Positions 38,901 to 48,421 of a DNA stretch of 64,000 bases are shown one piece after another. Source of the DNA: Lytechinus pictus (Eukaryota); contig NC_087251.1 in assembly GCF_037042905.1 (NCBI RefSeq), forward strand, positions 23,066,001 through 23,130,000. Reading direction: 5' to 3'. Positions within the stretch are counted from its first letter, which is position 1. The number at the start of each line of letters is the position of its first letter. The position numbers were made by a program, and so were the translations under genes. The notes under the pieces were generated by a model that ran no database searches, had not been told where the DNA came from, and worked only from the letters and a program-made list of their open reading frames with translations.

Positions 38901-41900
38901 TCTCCAATTGGGAAAGAAGAGAGGAATAAGGATTCTAAACTCCTTAAAACAGGCCAAGACAAATTCTGTTCGGTATGCCCTTCTGGCCAGAAAACAAGGA
39001 TGGCTTGCCGTGTATGTAAAGAAAGTGTTCATCCTAGGTGTGAATGGCGCCATTTCTGCAAGGTCAAGGAGGCTTCCAAAAGCAGCACACTGGTAAGAAT
39101 TAATTCAATGAATTATGTGATTCCTATCTGGTATCCAAAAAAATTGTTTTATGAATATCCAGGGTTCCCACAGTCATGGAAAATCCTGGAAAAATTTGTG
39201 GTCATGGAAAGTCAGGGAAAAGTCAGGGAATTTGGAAAATTTGTGAAAAGTCATGGAATTGCATTTACCTTTCCGATATGGCAGCTTTCCAGTTTGACGT
39301 GTCTCGCAACTCTCATACTCTGCTATTATAATTGGTGTTCATAATGTCCATTTTTCCCAGTTTTGTGACATCCCAAATTCTACATAACTCCCGGGACGTC
39401 ACAGGAAGTTATGAAAAGCAGCAATTTAGTCATGGAAAAGTCATAGAATTCTGTTTTCAAATTTTTGTAGGAACACTGATATCTGTTCCAGTGGCAGAGT
39501 AACAGAGTGCATTAAAGATCAGACAGGCGAGTTGTTGTGAATTTACCCTTAAAAAGATTGATATTTTCATTCCTAAATAATTGGGGCATTTTTATTCCTG
39601 AAAATAACTTGGATACTTTTTCCTCAAAAGACTGAGTTGGATGATTCATCCCTTCTACCTTTAAGATCTCAGTCAAATTTAGTATGCATGTATTGTTTAC
39701 TTCAAGAATTTGATATCTTATCTGATTTTAATTTAATTCAAAGTAATCATAATAATATGCATTTTAAAAAATCATTTTTGCATCTTCATTTCCCACCTTA
39801 TTTCCAATTCTTCTTTTTCTTTTAATGTAGGTATCTTACATCATGATTTATAAATTGAATATTCTAATTTTTTATTGTCTCACCTGCATAGCAGAGTGAG
39901 ACTATAGGCTCCGCTTTTCTGACGGCTGCGGCGGCGTCAACGACAAATCTTAACCGAAGGTTAAGTTTTTGAAATGACAGCATAACTTAGAAAGTACATG
40001 GACCTAGTTCTTGAAACTTGGCCATAAGGTTAATCGAGTATGACTGAACATCCTGCCCGAGTTTCAGGTCAAATGACCTAGGTCAAAGGTCATTTAGGGT
40101 CAATGAACTTAGACCATGTTGGGGGAATCAACATCAAAATCTTAACCTAAGGTTAAGTTTTTGAAATGTCATAACTTAGAAAATATATAGTCCTAGTTCA
40201 TGAAACTTGGACATAAGGTTAATCAAGTATTACTGAAAATCCTACCTGAGTTTCGAGTCACATGATCAAGGTTAAAGGTCATTTAGGGTCAATGAACTTT
40301 GGCCAAATTGAGGGTATCTGTTGAATTACCATCATAACTTTAGAAGTTTATAGACCTGATTCATGAAACTTGGACACAAGAGTAATCAAGTATCACTGAA
40401 CATCCTGTGCCAGTTTCAGTTCACATGACCAAGGTCAAAGGTCATTTAAGGTCAATGAACTTTGGCCATGTTGGGAGTATTTGTTGAATTACCATCATAA
40501 CTCTGTAAGTGTATTGGTCTAGTTCATAAAACTTGGACATACGAGTAATCAAGTATCATTGAACATCTCTTGCGAGTTTCAGGTCACATGACCAAAGTCA
40601 AAGGTCCAATGTCATTTATTGTCAATGTACGTAGTATTGTATCATTATATGAATGGTGTTTTTTGTGAATAATTATTTTATAGTAGTTTTCAAAGTCAGC
40701 ACTGCTGCTATTTTGAATCGTGTGATGCAGGTGAGACTGCCAGAGGCACTCCACTTTTTTTTGTTATAAAATCTGTGCAGATTTTAGCCCAATATATGAA
40801 TTTTCTTCTTTTTCTTTTTTTGGAGGGGGGGGGGAGTGGTTTTCCTAGATGTATGTATGTACATGAGATGTCTTTGTTTTGTTATTTATTAGGAGTTCTC
40901 TTTTGCAATTGTTTGACGCATATACAAGTGTTTTCAATATAATAACTAACTCTTTGATCAGATGGGAGAAAATGGTTTCAAAACAATATTCCTTTACTAC
41001 AATCACATGATGTAAGTACAAAGCAATGGGGGAAATAAAGCCTTTTCTCTGTGATGGGCATCACAAAATAACTCTGAAACAGTATCCCTGATCACAAATT
41101 TGTTGTTTCATGTCAACAAAATGATGACTTCAACTATTCATTACATTGTACCATCAATTATTCTCATTCTCAAGGTAACAAGAGGTGGACGTTTCACTGG
41201 AGAGGTGGTTAAAATCCTGAAGAGTGATGTGAAGACAAAAAAGAAAGACTGTGCAGTGTGTTCCAATCGGAAAGCTGGGAGGCGCAGTCGATCCAGTACA
41301 ATGTGTCCTCATTGTAAGAGAGGGTTGCATAGGATCTGTGCTCCTTCACACATGTGTCCAATGCTCCCTCCTTCTCAAGAGCTTCCTGAGATGGTATGTC
41401 CTAGGTGCTTGAATGCTGCCTTATTGTTTCTGCAATGTGAATGAAAAACAAAAAAAGAGTATGAATTAGATGAAGGACTGTATATTTTGTTTTAACGCGA
41501 TAAAATACTATGATGGTACAATATATTTTGCTATTTTTGGTTCATAAATCAAGTATAGTCATAAGTGAATGGAAGGGTTGTTTGGCTCATATTTTCTGTT
41601 TTGTAGTGATATTCTTAAATATCTTGTTTTTATTTTCTATTCCAGGACACTTCAAGTGATCAAGGCCCATTCGAAAAAAATGAAGAAGAAATAGAAGAAG
41701 AGGTTGATGATGATGATGATGACATGGGATATGTAGAGATCAATGATGGTATAACCCGTTACTGTTGCGTCTGTTCTACATCAAGAAAGTCACGGATCAC
41801 CCGTACAGCATGTTCATCATGTGATCGAGGCCTCCATCCACAGTGTGTTCTGCTACACAATTGTCACAGTATGGTCCCAAGGAGAATGCAAGCTGTAGCA

Positions 41901-42722
41901 TTCCAGAAACCTGTGTGTGAGGACAATGTCATGCAAGATGTAGATATAGTGCGCTCCACCACTTCTCTCATGGAAGAAGTCGAGGCTTCTGATCATCCAA
42001 AAGATGAATATGTAGATCAAACAAGTGAAGTTCCTCAAACATCTGGAGGATTTGACACAGGGATAACATCTGTAAAGATACTTGATGAAAGAAGGGACAT
42101 GTCTGGTGAGATAAAAAAATACCTGCTAATTACAGAGGACAGTTCAGACGAAATCTCTGAGGATGGAGAGGCGACATCGGTTGAGAATCCTGATGTAGGG
42201 GATGCAGAGGAGGTGGTGCATGAAGTGACTGAGAGCAAAGACCAGATAGATGGTTTAAACAAAGAGTCTGCTGCAGAAGGTGAAAATTCTCAGCAGCAGC
42301 AGCAACATTCTGAGGCATCGAACAACATGGAACCACCTTCAGAATGTTCAGATTCACCATACCCTGATATCCAGAGTGGCAGTTCTGATACACATCCCAT
42401 TGACAGGGTAGATGAGCCAATGGATAGGAATCAAGATCTCCATGATGGCGATACACCACACTCAGGAGATGTTGTGCATCCAGCCCTTGCACATACAGGA
42501 CTGATTTTAGAATGTAGTGATAGTCAAGATGATATTGAGATTGGGTGTTTCAGCACCTTACAAGGCAATCATTTGCACACTGATCAATCTAATCAAGAAT
42601 TGGATGATATTGTAGCCCAAATCAGGGAAGAGCTACACCAGGTGGTAGGAGTTCAAGATCAAATGCTTGACCTTAACCAGTTAGAGGGGGAAGTTCTTGC
42701 CATTCAGCCAGATTGCATGTAG
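11890..42722 (+). CDS. DTD1: 18-exon gene model: D-aminoacyl-tRNA deacylase 1 fused to ten Cys/His zinc-finger repeats, a QLNSHT repeat and an acidic tail (~1483 aa)
   Basis: Exons 11890-11932, 15690-15780, 16685-16787, 17475-17607, 19519-19661, 22238-22504, 26918-27145, 29672-29869, 31625-31828, 32866-33498, 33987-34220, 34798-34860, 36479-36736, 37634-37843, 38147-38296, 38895-39092, 41175-41393, 41646-42722. All introns are GT-AG and the frame stays open throughout. The exon 5 to exon 6 join is inferred. Confidence 0.75.
12272..12911. mobile_element. MITE-like element in DTD1 intron 1
   Basis: Inverted ends GTGTCCAAACTTCGCG ... CGCGAAGTTTGGACAC. Confidence 0.55.
13029..13421. mobile_element. 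MITE with ~65-bp terminal inverted repeats
   Basis: CTCAGGCGATGTTCGTGCAGGCTCCACTTCACTACCGCTACACTAC... is mirrored at ~13351-13421; GTAC lies next to both ends. Confidence 0.8.
13443..13975. mobile_element. Inverted copy of the 61488-62019 MITE family
   Basis: GGGGGCACTC...TTTTTGGTCGAGTACCCCCC termini and internal similarity to 61488-62019; a terminal fragment also occurs at ~3083-3149. Confidence 0.75.
14406..14698. mobile_element. Truncated copy of the HINE-like element
   Basis: Reverse-complement match to ~9595-9870 (GCAGGTGAGACTGCCAGTGGCGCTCCACTTGTT end). Confidence 0.75.
15690..15780 (+). CDS. DTD1: DTD1 exon 2 (VGDELISSIGRGLCILVGISKDDTPKEREY)
   Basis: IGRGLCILVGI motif; TTTCTACAG acceptor and GTAAGT donor; phase 1 to 2. 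Confidence 0.95.
16685..16787 (+). CDS. DTD1: DTD1 exon 3 (IVRKILNLRLFDDENDKRWAKSVRDKQLEILCVSQ)
   Basis: KILNLRLF and W..SV..EILCVSQ motifs; CCCTCAG acceptor, GTATGT donor. Confidence 0.95.
17475..17607 (+). CDS. DTD1: DTD1 exon 4 (FTLYSILKGNKPDFHQAMPG...HPDKIK)
   Basis: Completes the SQFTL signature; KGNKPDFH motif; TTTCAG acceptor, GTAAGC donor. Confidence 0.95.
17947..18103. mobile_element. Short palindromic MITE (PIF/Harbinger-like)
   Basis: GGGCCCGTTTTATAAAGA ... TCTTTATGAAACTGGCCC with internal inverted ATGGCAACTACCATGG / CCATGGTAGTTGCCAT. Confidence 0.65.
19519..19661 (+). CDS. DTD1: DTD1 exon 5 (DGRFGAHMQVHIQNDGPVTIQLDSPP...RHSRQ)
   Basis: FGA.MQV.IQNDGPVT motif containing the Gly-cisPro; ends CAG|GTGAGT in phase 0 without a stop. 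Confidence 0.95.
22238..22504 (+). CDS. Exon 6, Cys/His finger 1 (CCVC...CRGCGRGLHQKCAMLHQC)
   Basis: ACACAG acceptor, AAG|GTGATT donor, 267 nt, phase 0-0. Confidence 0.8.
24317..25704 (+). mobile_element. 5'-truncated non-LTR retrotransposon (CR1/L2-type reverse transcriptase C-terminal half, 3' UTR, A-tail)
   Basis: GVPQGSILGPLLFLIYMND, LFADDT, WFKANKLSLN, KFLGV and YCNLVWG motifs in the ORF ending at 25329; AATAAA at 25672 and an A-run at 25694-25704. Confidence 0.92.
26918..27145 (+). CDS. Exon 7, Cys/His finger 2 (CIEC...CVGCDHNLHEMCRADHDC)
   Basis: Polypyrimidine tract + TAG, CAG|GTACGG, 228 nt, phase 0-0. Confidence 0.85.
27303..27380 (-). mobile_element. tRNA-derived SINE head or tRNA pseudogene
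   Basis: Minus strand has an A-box-like TTAGTGGT and B-box GGTTCAAATCCC; stems degenerate. Confidence 0.5.
27522..29165. mobile_element. Non-autonomous DNA transposon with eight internal 16-bp direct repeats
   Basis: TIRs TGGGCTATTCCACGG / CCTGTGGAATTGCCCA flanked by TA (or ATAT); GGTTACTCAC[G/A]TTAC repeated at 27535, 27713, 27901, 27916, 28586, 28606, 28624 and 28789. Confidence 0.75.
29672..29869 (+). CDS. Exon 8, Cys/His finger 3 (CCVCSNR...RRRSQTVCYYCKRGLHWQCRFNHNC)
   Basis: TTTCTCTAG acceptor, CAG|GTAAAT, 198 nt, phase 0-0. Confidence 0.88.
30076..30469. mobile_element. TTAA-flanked MITE (Kolobok-like)
   Basis: TTAA|AGATAAATACCAGT ... ACTGTCTTTTACCT|TTAA. Confidence 0.55.
30833..31591. 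mobile_element. piggyBac-type MITE
   Basis: TTAA TSD, CCCTAAATAGACTGGG ... CCCAGTCTTTTTAGGG termini, subterminal GGGGCTGA[T/A]TCAGCCCC palindromes at both ends. Confidence 0.8.
31625..31828 (+). CDS. Exon 9, Cys/His finger 4 (CVVC...RHRSRTICKFCKKGLHRKCEHRHLC)
   Basis: TCTTACAG acceptor, AAG|GTAAGG, 204 nt, phase 0-0. Confidence 0.88.
31841..32234. mobile_element. Near-fully palindromic PIF/Harbinger-like MITE
   Basis: TAA TSD; TGGCCCGAATTCACAA ... TTGTGAATTCGGGCCA; the arms pair along most of the length. Confidence 0.85.
32866..33498 (+). CDS. Exon 10, low-complexity linker with (QLNSHT/QLNPHT)n 18-bp repeat
   Basis: TTCTGTAG acceptor, CAA|GTGAGT, 633 nt open in phase 0-0; contains QKRRK and VKVE. 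Confidence 0.8.
33987..34220 (+). CDS. Exon 11, Cys/His finger 5 (CIVC...RRKRAYTMCNLCKRGLHQRCQQYHTC)
   Basis: AAG acceptor (weaker), AAG|GTACTC, 234 nt, phase 0-0. Confidence 0.82.
34798..34860 (+). CDS. Exon 12, 63-nt linker (HDVPTKRSPVKKTPVYTWINK)
   Basis: TATTAG acceptor, AAG|GTAAGG strong donor, phase 0-0, open frame. Confidence 0.6.
35265..36011. mobile_element. Tc1/mariner (pogo/Tigger-like) MITE
   Basis: TA|CAGTCCAACCTCTCTTATCC ... GGATAAGAGAGGTCGGACTG|TA. Confidence 0.8.
36479..36736 (+). CDS. Exon 13, Cys/His finger 6 (CKEC...CNICKEGVHKKCLYRHKC)
   Basis: TCTTCCAG acceptor, ATG|GTAATT, 258 nt, phase 0-0. Confidence 0.85.
37634..37843 (+). CDS. Exon 14, Cys/His finger 7 (CDVC...RHRSRTQCAVCRRGLHFRCLSQHIC)
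   Basis: ACACAG acceptor, CCT|GTGAGT, 210 nt, phase 0-0. Confidence 0.85.
38147..38296 (+). CDS. Exon 15, linker (DAIYGNLPNGP...SNLNFTD)
   Basis: TTTCATGCAG acceptor, GAT|GTAAGT, 150 nt, phase 0-0. Confidence 0.75.
38895..39092 (+). CDS. Exon 16, Cys/His finger 8 (CSVCPSGQKTRMACRVCKESVHPRCEWRHFC)
   Basis: T-rich tract + ATAG, CTG|GTAAGA, 198 nt, phase 0-0. Confidence 0.85.
39875..40757. mobile_element. HINE-like element, inverted relative to 9595-11448, with fewer monomers
   Basis: TTGTCTCACCTGCATAGCAGAGTGAGAC hairpin, GGTCAAAGGTCA monomers, GAGACTGCCAGAGGCACTCCAC end. Confidence 0.8.
41175..41393 (+). CDS. Exon 17, Cys/His finger 9 (CAVCSNRKAGRRSRSSTMCPHCKRGLHRICAPSHMC)
   Basis: TTCTCAAG acceptor, ATG|GTATGT, 219 nt, phase 0-0. 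Confidence 0.85.
41646..42722 (+). CDS. Terminal exon 18: acidic run, Cys/His finger 10 (CCVC...CSSCDRGLHPQCVLLHNC) and long acidic tail
   Basis: TATTCCAG acceptor, phase 0, 358 codons to the TAG at 42720-42722; followed by kilobases of AT-rich UTR-like sequence. Confidence 0.85.
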   Translation, partial: DTSSDQGPFEKNEEEIEEEVDDDDDDMGYVEINDGITRYCCVCSTSRKSRITRTACSSCDRGLHPQCVLLHNCHSMVPRRMQAVAFQKPVCEDNVMQDVDIVRSTTSLMEEVEASDHPKDEYVDQTSEVPQTSGGFDTGITSVKILDERRDMSGEIKKYLLITEDSSDEISEDGEATSVENPDVGDAEEVVHEVTESKDQIDGLNKESAAEGENSQQQQQHSEASNNMEPPSECSDSPYPDIQSGSSDTHPIDRVDEPMDRNQDLHDGDTPHSGDVVHPALAHTGLILECSDSQDDIEIGCFSTLQGNHLHTDQSNQELDDIVAQIREELHQVVGVQDQMLDLNQLEGEVLAIQPDCM

Positions 42723-44938
42723 AGCACTCAACAGTAGCATACACAGTTACCTATTGTACCCTTCTTTTTTAACTCAAAAGTGCATGGTTGACAAGTGAAA
42801 ACTAATTCGTGTAACTCATGTAGACAATTTTGAAAATACAGTTGTGTGCTATTTATTATTGATAAAGAGGTGTGTACCTCAGACTTGCACCATGTTTGTC
42901 AGAATCAATGGAAATATCAAGATCACAGTAGTATGAGAGCAGAGCAGGGGCCCCTAACACAAAGCTTAGCAATGATCGTAGAACATTTTTCTACGATTGA
43001 TTCCATTTACTACAATGTACAATCAAGCGTACCATTAATTGCTAACTTTTGTGTTACGGGGCCCAGATGTCATTATATTCATTACATGTATATCCTTATT
43101 ATGATAGGTCACAGTGTTATGTGCCATAATTGTCAAAATGTGCAATTATTGACCAATATGTGAACTTGATCATGCATCAATTTCTAATAAACATATAAGC
43201 CAGCTCATGGGAAAGGTATGGTGTAAGATTTATAGAAAATGATATTGAGATCGGGCTTTGATGTTTATGTGCCATTGCCCTTGCCATTCCATATTAGGAA
43301 CTTCTGTAATTTCTTGTTTTTTTTCTGGCACTAAGGCTCTACATTTAGGGATTAATAGAGGTTCAAAATTTTGCAACAACTATTTTACTGCTAGTGTCAT
43401 ACATTTGAAATTATGTTTGGCACGGTTGCTAATGTAGCCAAATAATAATTAAATTAGGGTATTTGACTCGTGCAACATAAGTTGTGCAAGTTAGACTAAG
43501 CAAAGATGCACATATATCAATCGCTAAAATTCATAGTGCTTGCACTTTAAATACTAGTATGACATTATTCATGTGTTTTGGACCTTACAGTGTAAAATAG
43601 TATTGTTTTAATTTTATCTTTCTCCTTTTTTTTTTACTTTGATATTTATAAAGTGTACATGTAAATTTTGCACTAAAGGATGTTTATACAATTTCAGTGA
43701 TAGATGCTTGGTAGCCTTTGAGTGTATTGTCTTGACAGTATGTCACTGATATTATTATACTTTGTCACCTATAACATATACGTTATTTTAATGGTGCTAT
43801 ATAATTATTCACAGATTTTATGGTTCAGTTTTGCCTTTCAATGTATTTCTTGTCTTATATGTTTAGTTCTTGTTATGCTATTACTTGGAAATATATAGTA
43901 TACATGAATGGATGTTGATACCCCTGAAATAGATATTTTTTCATATTCAGAATACATAATATAGTACCTCCTGTGTATTAGTCTGTGATACTTGATTGCA
44001 AAGTAATTTAATCCCTAACCTTAGTATAATGTATTTTTAATTATATCTTGGCCCCCCACAATCACAACTCTATTTTTTCATACAGTTTATGTGCAATAAC
44101 ATGATAAAGAATCATGTTGATGATGCTGACCTTGACTAGGTCATCCTTAAAGATACATGTAAGTACTCTTGTGTGATGTGATAAAAACTTGGGGAAATAT
44201 TCTGAAATCCATTAAAAAATATCTTTAAAAGACATTTGTATTCTGAGATCAATTTTTATCTTTAAAATATGAAATTTTATCTGAGATAAGTTTTTATATT
44301 GTGTGTCTAATCATGATACGCAGCAGAGCAGTCCTGTGTAAACATATCCGTGGCGTATCAGATGCATCATACAGATGACGTGCTTGCGCCCATGTATATA
44401 AAAAGAAAAAAGAAGTTTAGATAGGGATGGGGTAGTTTACATCTCTGAACAAGATGAGAGTGTTATTAAACAGCATTTCTCATTAGACATTGCTATTCAG
44501 ACATTAAATGTAGATAAAATTGTTCTCAGAATACCAATTCAGAGAGATTTTAAGCCGAAATAGTATTTTATCTCACTGATATTAACAGAGATATATTATT
44601 ATCTGAGATAAAATGGATCTCAGAATACCACCCATGAAGAACCTGTAAAGTATTTCATAAATGTTATTGATAGAGAAACCTGCTTGATTCATAAACAGGC
44701 TTAGGGCCTCATTTCTGTTCACTCGTAGTTCATCTACAGAAATTGTCTTCTGTTTTGATTTGACCAACTCATTATATCATCAAAAGTTGTCAGTTTCCAA
44801 TCAATCTCATAAATTGTGTTTGTTGGTATTGTTGATAATTCACATTGATGAGAATCAATTAAAATTAAATCTTGAAACTCATTAGAAAGAAATTTTATTT
44901 ATTAATCAAAGTACAGAATGCAATGAAAATGATACAAA

Positions 44939-45275
44939 CAGTGGCAGATCCAGTGGGAGGGGGGGGCATGGGAATGCCCCCCCCCCCTTTTAGAGCTATA
45001 TATGCCTTTCTTACGCAAGTGTGCCCCCCCCCCTATTTGAAAGTCACAGCATATATTTTTAATGGGAACATGTCGTTCATACACAAGTGAGGACCTTTTG
45101 TTTTCTTTTGCTTGTCAAATTTTAATGGGATAAAATGACCTTTAATTTTAGGTGAAATTTTTTTTAATTTTATTTGTATTTTTTGCTTGTCAACATTTAC
45201 ATGGACAAAATGACCTTCAATTTTAGGTGAAAATGTGCCCCCCCCCCCCTTTGGAAGATCCTGGATCTGCCCCTG
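44939..45275. mobile_element. hAT-like MITE with perfect 8-bp TSD
   Basis: GATACAAA|CAGTGGCAGATCCAG ... CTGGATCTGCCCCTG|GATACAAA. Confidence 0.85.
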
Positions 45276-46857
45276 GATACAAATTATTTATCAGAAATAA
45301 CTTGCCAATATTCAAATGTTTTAAGATACGGTGCCTGAATAAATGAGCAGACGCAAGTTTAGTTCCAATGCACAGTTGAGGTAGATATGATCAAATTGCT
45401 TAACTCTTACAAATGAATTATCTCTAGCTATGGCTCAAATGTTTGAAAATTCTAACCTTGAATTTGATGGGCTGTTAAGAAAAGTTATCTCTGCTGATCC
45501 CTGTATGCAAAGAAATGTAAGAGTACTGAAATTTATATGCCAGTTTGCTATGTGATATCAATAAGGGAGTTTATAATGTGTATATACCAGGGTGTCCCTA
45601 AGTATATTGAGACTCTTTAATTAGCAACCTTTCTTTCAGATATCTGCATGAAATATTAGATTAAGATCAAGTAATTCCACAGAATATACAAATTCCTCTG
45701 ACTTGCCAAGCTTATGTAATGGCCCACTGATCAGTTTCTTACATTCTTCATCTAAATCTGTCTTGCGATTGATACAATAAATTTGCCACTCTGAGTTTGC
45801 CAGTTCCTTCTTGCCTTAGCCAATGCCTATCTTTGTTAGAAACGTTTCGATACTGTACGGTTATGCCACACATGTAAACCTATTTATATAAAAAGATGTG
45901 CTTGTTTGATGGAGTATTTACAGCGTGTACTTGTCATAACTGTGAGCATAAAGAAAAATACATGTATATGTTCAGGTGCATATTTGATCGTACTCAAGTC
46001 GGTCAAACTGAGAGAAAGAGAGTGCCACTTATCAGGGAAGATATGGCTGTATTAGCTATATTTAAAAGCTTATGAGGTAATTTGACTAATTTTCAGTCTT
46101 TGCATTCCTTTTATCTCCCCCTCCTTGAGCCCTAACTTGCATTTGTGTCATCTTTGATGAAAACTGCTCTCCCAGAACTGATTTTTTTTTTCTTGGGGGG
46201 GTTGTTATTCTTATCCAGTTACAATTCATTTAAAAACAAATGTTTTCTCCTGAAATATGATAAAGTACATATCACTTTAATAAGCCTTTTCCTTGAAAAA
46301 AAAATCATCATTATGATGTTATGTTTATTGTGTATCTTGTGACTATGTCTGTTGTGGCGTTTGTATATTGTATGTGATTTTATTTTTACAGACTGAACTG
46401 ATAATGGTATTACAATATAGGATGCAGCATTTTAGATAATTCAAAATGTAATAGATAAGTGAGCTATATTTTGAGCAGAGTATGTTATTAAGTTATTTCT
46501 TAGGTACGGGTGTTAAATGGGCAAATCATAAACTGGAATGTATTTATCAATCAATCATGGATGGTACTCTCCTAGCAATGGTTTAGTTTGCCCATGGTTA
46601 AGTTGATCACACTTCTAACGAGTGCAAGTGCCATCTTGTTTACCAAGTACAAATTATTATAATCCTGCAGTGAAATGTTAAACAAAATGATTTTGTTATG
46701 AGATTTGAAGAATAGGATGATAGGAGTATAGTATACATTGAATTTCAATGAGTTTCATGAATTTGGTATGTTATTTTTGTCATGAATATCTGTGAATTAG
46801 ATGAAATCTAGTAGTACACAGTAGTGTGAATTAAAATTCATGCTTAGTATTGAGTTT

Positions 46858-47040
46858 GGGGCGTCATGGTGTCGAGGTTACAACTCTTGTCTTCAAATCA
46901 GAGGGACAAAGGTTCGAATCCCAGCCATGGCGTGTTTTCCTTGAGCAAGAAAGTTACCCTCGTTCTGCTGCACTCAACCCAGGTGAGGTGAATGGGTACC
47001 CAGTAGGATTATTTGTATTATTATTTGTATTATTATTATT
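46858..47040 (+). mobile_element. tRNA-derived SINE
   Basis: tRNA-like head with B-box GGTTCGAATCCC, body CCTTGAGCAAG...CACTCAACCCAGGTG..AATGGGTACC, (TTA)n tail. Confidence 0.75.
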
Positions 47041-48421
47041 ACAATAAACCAGAGTTAAATTATCATACCAGAAAGATTGTTTCTGAATGTTCTTATTTTA
47101 GGTGTGAACTGGGTTCATTACATTGCAATGTACAGTATTCACTCTTACTTTTTAATAGATGAAGAAGAATTGAAAATTTGTATAAATTGATCTGTAATTT
47201 AGTCAGTTACCATGACAATAGTTATCAATCATTTTATTATCCATTGTAGTTATTTTCAAGGATGAAGAGACATATTTATGTAGTCTGTGTATTATGAGAA
47301 TGTGAAACAGAAATTATTGATATGAAGGAATCATGTGTATAAATTTGAAATAAAGCATCACATGTATGTGATATTTTCTACATCAAAACTCAAAAGAATC
47401 ATTCCTTTTTTTTTCCTTTTTTTTTTTATAGCTTAGTTTACCTAATAATATGCATGTTTTGATTATTATTTGAAAATTCTCTAAATGTGCAAGAGAGTAA
47501 AACTAATGACGAGTGGTATATTTTGTAATGATAGAGGGGGTTGGGAAGGTTGTAAAGAGGCTGAGAGAGATTGAGGGAGCGCGGAGATGGGGGAGAAAGA
47601 ATAGGCAGAGTAAACCTTTTTTCTTTCATGGAAAATTTTGATTGTTAAAGTAGATAATGTAAACAGCTAGAATCCTATTGTTTCTCACATGACATATTTT
47701 GGTTGGCCGTTGATGTATTCATAATATTCTTTCATTTTTCAAATCTGCATATTTAATAATCAAAGCACTACCTTTTTATTTATGTTTAAAGAAATGTTTT
47801 GAATTTCCACTCTTTTAATCAATCAAATGTATAGTCTACTCTAGTGGCCATTGATTCAATCTTGTATCTTCTACAATTTGATGCATTAAGACTTTCACTT
47901 TACATCACTTACGGATAAAATATTAACTGATCACATAACATGAATTTGCAGCATAATTTACTACATGACAAACTATACCAATATTATTTAAAGGCTGGTA
48001 AGTCCATGTCGACTTTAAATGGAAGGAAAATTCATAACATTAAACATCAATTAAAAACCTGGTTAAATAAGAATTTGTGGTATTCCGAAAGTTTGCAGTT
48101 AATATTTCGCAAAGCAGCGATATGCACAATGTGTTATGACAATCAGGGAGCCGATATTGAATATGAAATGAGCCTTATAATCTCTTTTCTTGTTAAAAAT
48201 GTTTTGACTGCTCAATAAAAATTGCCTTCATCGTAACTTGTGATTCTAGCAAGACGTTTTTATTATCAAGTATACAAAAAATGAAATATATCGTATTAAA
48301 AAATAAATTATCACCCTTGCTGCGCAACTATTCCTTATGAAATTATGCAAAACTCTTCATTATTCAAACCTTCTTATTTTACAACGATTTAGATGAATGT
48401 TTCAGTGTTATGATTGCTTAA

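Noticed and set aside
47940..47997. ATG exon (MNLQHNLLHDKLYQYYLKA) with a GTAAGT donor as first exon of the PAH gene
   Set aside because: It ends in phase 1. Joining it to the 49128 acceptor shifts the frame and stops within about 10 codons. It could only be a non-coding exon or need an unseen intermediate exon.
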